From: Phoronis australis
Lineage: Eukaryota; Animalia; Phoronida
Reading direction: 5' to 3'
Length of the DNA stretch: 64,000 nt
Assembly: GCA_002633005.1 (NCBI GenBank)
Contig: NMRA01000912.1
Span: forward strand, 4,027-68,026
Below, piece by piece: positions 59,401 to 64,000 of the stretch. The position numbers and the translations under genes are program-made. Every line of letters starts with the position of its first letter. The first letter of the stretch is position 1. The notes under the pieces are model-generated. The model was not told where the DNA came from, did not search any database, and worked only from the letters and a program-made list of their open reading frames with translations.

Positions 59401-62400
59401 TTAGGATGATTCTGATTACCGGTATGCCTCTAGTGGCAATTTTAGTATTTGCCTCTAGTGGCAATTTTAGTATTTTACATTGACCTCTGTATTTTCATAG
59501 GTCTTCAGGTGTATACTTTGTGTTACTTCGTGACTGTGAAGGAAAAGTTCCAAGTAGAAATTTGTTTCTGGCATTCTAATGCTGTGCTAATCTCGTATGT
59601 TGGTAAATTTGTTTTTAATTCTATGTTTCTGTGGTGCTTTAAGCAACTGGTGTATAGGATGTGCTTGTATTATGAAGATTACTCACATTTTGCCCCTAGC
59701 CTATTGAGAAGACAATGACCATGCCTTTCCATTTTGCAAAGTATGCCCTCTACTGGCCACTTTATGGTACCAATAAACAACCCTAGAAGGATACCGTATG
59801 CGGTGCAATTGTGGGCGCATTTCAACGCTCCGCGTTGCTCTTGTGTTGTATTTGACCCAACCAAGTTGGCTTTCAGGTGTTAGCGAATGTTACATTGAAT
59901 TGCAATAGTGGACACTATGTTTACTACGGCAGACACGCCTAGGCGTGTTAACTGAATGGCATAGATTTTATTATATAACGTGCAATTAATCAGTTTAGGC
60001 AGTATAAAAATACAAAAACGTGGAAGTTTCTGTTTGTAGATCTTGTTGCGTAATGACGGATTTCTGGGATTCCCCGGTGGCGAAACACTGACAAGCGAGT
60101 CGGTAATCGACGGAGTTAACCGAAGAATGCAAGAAGAAATAGGACTAGATTTGTCGAAGCATCGTTGCACTGGAAAAGACTATATGGTGACTTATAAAAA
60201 GCCGGGGACAGACATGCTGTTTCACTTTTTTGCCAAGGAAGTTTCCTTCAAAGACTTTCTTCTGATAGAGAGCACTGCAATGTCCTCAGGACAATACGGG
60301 AAAAAGGTTCGTATAGCGTTTCTGAATCACTTTTCTACCTTAATTACGGATAACGCTTGAAGGAGTCTGCGCAACAAGTTGGGGGTAATTCGCCACAGCG
60401 TCGTGTGTTCTATGGCATCCTTACGGTGCGAAATAGAATTCTCGAAGTACGCCACTAAGGAATTTATATTCCCTGATCTTCTCCATAATTGATTGCATTA
60501 CGTTCAACTTTCCACTGTGCAGTTAGCGACAAGGCAAGTCAATGTCAGTGTCTAAGGTGAAAAAATGTGTGTTCCTTAGCAGACTGAAGAGACACGTCCC
60601 TGATAAATCTCTTGCCTACGCCGCTCATACATTCTTTTTTTAGACCCATGAAAAGGTCAAGACAAACACGCCACGTGTCTTTCACTCCAAATGTTAAGCC
60701 TAGATTTTCAATTACTTGATAGAAATGTTTCAGACGACTACGAAAGCTAAACTGCTGCGGTAACGACATTGAAATGCGGTTTAGACCGTAGGTGGCACTC
60801 GACAGTTTTTGATGATTTGGGCTTGAAAATGAACCACTGAGGTCGAATCAGCTCCAGCAGTCTGTTCCACAGGATGTAAAAATCTTGCACAAAGTCTAAC
60901 GAAACTGATTCCAACGTCAATTTTCCACCTTTTACGACTGCCGGAAGTGCCGCCGGCTACTTGAAAAAACAATAAAAAATATGCCAAATCAGTAGTTTTC
61001 ACAGCAGTTACTACGAACTGAGAGAGAAAGCATTCAGACTGCCAAAACCGTCTCCAGATTCCAGAAATCAGGTTAAAAGTGGGTGTCGACAAGCCAGATT
61101 TTTCACAAATCCAATTAGTCTGAAGAGTACCTGAATTTCCTGCTCAATTTCAACTTCCCGTTTGCAAGCACTGACAAGCCACGGTTGAGCAATAAGTGGG
61201 TCAAGGGGTCAACATTTGACAATCTTTCAATCATAACAGATTCAAAAATCAAGCAAATGCCATTCGTAGCCTTCACATGTAGACAGAACTTGAAATGCCC
61301 AACCAACCCAGCAGGCCCCAAATTGGGGGTTATCAAACTGAACTGTGGCTCAATTAAAAAAGCTATTGAGTGTCACCATAGGCCTACATGAAGAAAACCC
61401 GCCATCGTACTCACTATCTCGAAACCAGGTGGGGTGCGTGGTGCGATTGATTCCAAGACGTCGTGCTTGGATGCCGGGTGAGGTGGAGAAAGCACACCTA
61501 ATGTTGTGTCACTGGACCTCACCTTTTACTCATTAAGTTAATGATGACCTGTAGTGTCCTTTTGTCATCTCTCGCGCCGGACATTGGAAAGAATTCAGTA
61601 TTTTCGCAAACGGCTTTATAAACTTGTGGTTTTTGCCCCTGTATGGCGCCTGTACTAACCAAGTGTGGCATGAGCGTTAACGCAACCGACTTCTTACTTC
61701 TTACGCAGGGGCGGATCCAGGATTTTGAGTTGGGGGGGGGGGGCAGGGNGGGAATAACCAGAATTTCGGCAGATGCGCTCGTCCAGCCTAAAATGTGAGG
61801 ACGCAGAGGCCTCTAATGTTTGGAGTTGCGGACCTGTTGACTAAAAAAAAAACGGTAAGCGGGGTTTGTTCAGTTTGCTCAGGGCCTATGCATTGTTTAT
61901 TTATCCCCCGACGAGCCCCTGCTTGCGCGCACCCGGACTCCCAAATGGCCCCCTTGACCCCCCTCTAAATCCGCCACTGCTATCCCAGAGAGTACCCGAC
62001 ATCAGTTCATCATTTTTTTAATGTTTATTACGAAATCTTCAGAATACAATGAATATACATAACCCAGAAAGCGCCAAGAGGCATTAGATCTGGGTAAAAA
62101 AATACAAAGAAGTCTATATACAATGATTATATACGAATACATAAATAAAAAAACTGATGTTAAGAATACAATGATATATGACAACGAATGAAAATAATTC
62201 ATTTTCATACAGATATATAAAATTCTATTCACTCACACAAAGAGATTTAATGTTATAAAGAAATTCTGATACTATTTCAAATAAAACCTTATTTTCGTTT
62301 GAGTTAAGTTCTTGACATCCATATACTATAGAAAGAAATTAATTTTGTTGTACAATTGCGGAATTTCAGAATATTTTTTATAAACATTGGGGTATTGTTC

Positions 62401-62944
62401 GAGTGCCTGGAAGAGTTGTACCCTCTCCTTCTTGCATACCTCACAAGCAAAGAAAACATGAGGATATGTCTGGGTATCTCCATGAAATGCGTTTTTCTCT
62501 CCACGCTCAATCTCTAACTCGGGATGTGACGACTTGAAAATTTACTCAGAGAACTCGTGGCTCGTAATTCGTCAGTTTTGGAGTCGAGTCTCATGTAAAA
62601 TTTGTGGTCACAGGTCTTGGCGACTGAAAACTCTGCCAGCTGCTGTGAAGAAAGATATTTCCTAACGCCTTCCTCATTGATTTGTGTATTGTTAGAGTTT
62701 TGGGTCAGATTCACCGACTATACCAAGCTTACATTTCATGACGTAAGTCACATATAAAATGACAATTTGCTACTTTCAACAGGTACTCGGGTGCATGAGA
62801 ATACCTTTATGCACGTTGGAGAAATCTCGTGGATGGCCGGCTTTCTTAAAGAACAACTTTGCAGAGAACTCGAAACAACAAATGTGCCAGGCGTTACTAA
62901 TGCATGGAATTCTGGAACCGAGCGAAATTCCCCAGCCGATGTAA
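56306..62944 (+). CDS. NUDT16: NUDT16 (U8 snoRNA-decapping enzyme)/TIRR-like Nudix protein, 3 exons, 197 aa
   Basis: Exons 56306-56470, 60040-60306, 62783-62944, all phase 0 GT-AG. LRAAVM|ILLRNDGFLGFPGG...NRRMQEEIG...FHFFAKEV...YGKK|VLGCMRIPLCTL..GWPAFLKNNF aligns with NUDT16 [20 protein letters not shown]...NRELREELG...HFYAKRL...HGLEVLGLVRVPLYTL..GLPTFLENSF. The family is clear; strict orthology is not. Confidence 0.88.
56502..56959. mobile_element. MITE family, copy 2 (31 nt into Nudix gene intron 1)
   Basis: Collinear with 47255-47758. Confidence 0.78.
57888..57925. repeat. GA-rich microsatellite
   Basis: (GGGA)n/(GA)n. Confidence 0.9.
57935..58012 (+). mobile_element. 3'-terminal fragment of the HINE-like family
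   Basis: gcggtgctatcgcgcgcgcatttcaacgccccgcattgctcttgtt matches the 3' ends at 2695-2730 and 59800-59844. Confidence 0.6.
58312..59844 (+). mobile_element. HINE-like element, second full copy, with a 450-bp higher-order repeat
   Basis: Same termini as 1424-2730 (ATGCGCCCAC 58319, GTGGGCGCAT 59811); motifs recur at 58524/58974, 58668/59118 and 58829/59279. Confidence 0.82.
60040..60306 (+). CDS. NUDT16: NUDT16-like exon 2 (Nudix box)
   Basis: RNDGFLGFPGGETLTSESVIDGVNRRMQEEIG; tttgtag / gttcgt. Confidence 0.92.
61706..61979. mobile_element. Short DNA-transposon MITE
   Basis: TIRs caggggcggatccag / ctaaatccgccactg; contains an N at 61749. Confidence 0.65.
62783..62944 (+). CDS. NUDT16: NUDT16-like exon 3
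   Basis: VLGCMRIPLCTLEKSRGWPAFLKNNFAENSKQQMCQAL...*; acceptor tttcaacag. Confidence 0.9.
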   Translation, partial: VLGCMRIPLCTLEKSRGWPAFLKNNFAENSKQQMCQALLMHGILEPSEIPQPM

Positions 62945-63419
62945 TCAAGTTCAAACCGCCCTAGGAGCCTTAGGAAAAACACCATATGACACAAATATTA
63001 AAGGATCCACAGAAAAGGTGAAATGGTGTTATGTGAGGACAGAGCTATTGAGCAATTTCGGAAACCAAGTTTGTTTATTAAAACATGTTTTCTGAATGTA
63101 TTGAACACAGTGCAAGAATAAATATTTTTATACACACGTGCTATAGTAAGTAGTTGTTGAAAGTTCATTGTACTCGAATTAAATCTAGTCTGCTGAACAA
63201 TACTCACAAGATTAAAGGCGAAGGCAACCTTTTTTCATGTCACTTTTAGCAAAAATAAGGTTCGTTGATTATCCCAGACACATTTTCCACTTAATTACAG
63301 CTTTTCGTAATTTGATTAATTTCTCGTCCTCTACTCCGGAAGTGACATTTTGGGAGGCAAGAGTTTCGCGCCAATTTCTTTTCATTATAGTCTGACTGTG
63401 AGAGCTGTCGAGTCAGTTT

Positions 63420-64000
63420 CACCCAAGGGACAAACTCAGGTATCCCAGTTCGCCGACGATCTCGGGTTCTGAGCAAGTGAAAAACAGGAGACAGTTGTCC
63501 AAGCACGCTTCCAGCGGGCACTATCAAAACTGGAGGACTGGTGCTCCATCTGGCGCATCAAACTCAATGCCGCAAAATCACAGGTCATCCTGTGTCACCG
63601 CAAACGCAAACTGCGACCGTTCAGTCTTTCACTATTTGGTGTCAGGCTCACAGCAAAAGCAGAGGCCACTCTGCTAGGGGTAACCTTTGATCAAAGACTG
63701 ACGTTACAACCCCACGTCGCACGCGTGTGTGACCGTGCAAGAACCAGAGTCAAGCTTATGTATCGATTGAAGGGCACAGGGCGGGGCGCTAGGAGCGACT
63801 GCCTACTACTGATCTACAAAATGTTCATCAGACCCCTATTCGAATATGACGCGATCGACATTTCAACCTGTGCTCCTTCCACAATCGAAAGACTACAGAA
63901 ACTACAAAACTGGGCGCTGAGAATTGCCGAACTGACACACTACACGAACTCGCCGGAATGCAGACTGTCTCCGACACGCTGCAGTCACTCCGCGAAGCCA
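63420..64000 (+). mobile_element. 5'-truncated non-LTR retrotransposon (LINE, I/Jockey-group-like) reverse transcriptase remnant
   Basis: SQFADDLGF* (stop near 63470), then LEDWCSIWRIKLNAAKSQVI...LLGVTFDQRLT...LIYKMFIRPLFEY...LQKLQNWALRIA; runs off the window. Confidence 0.9.

Noticed and set aside
60545-61536. Cluster of 60-100 aa ORFs in Nudix intron 2
   Set aside because: No recognisable domain or consistent splice pattern; possibly old repeat sequence that I cannot classify.
63470-63472. In-frame TGA as selenocysteine or readthrough
   Set aside because: It falls at a likely Trp position (TGG to TGA) in a truncated LINE; ordinary decay.

Overview
AT-rich eukaryotic (invertebrate, probably lophotrochozoan-like) genomic DNA. 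Most of the window is a complete + strand FANCD2 gene (37 coding exons traced with GT-AG and phase continuity, 1126-52669, about 1420 aa, monoubiquitination lysine intact). Its 12.2-kb intron 24 hosts an intact, intronless DEG/ENaC channel gene on the same strand (31895-33436). Downstream is a 3-exon NUDT16/TIRR-family Nudix gene (56306-62944) with a clean TATA+Inr promoter but substitutions at two conserved acidic positions. Introns carry many mobile elements: a Helentron-associated (HINE-like) family whose ~150-bp tandem subunits each carry a near-consensus CTCF motif, MITEs, a Penelope fragment, a probable solo LTR and a LINE fragment. Two apparent exon duplications straddle single-N joins and are probably assembly artefacts. 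All homology calls come from remembered family sequences; no search was run.
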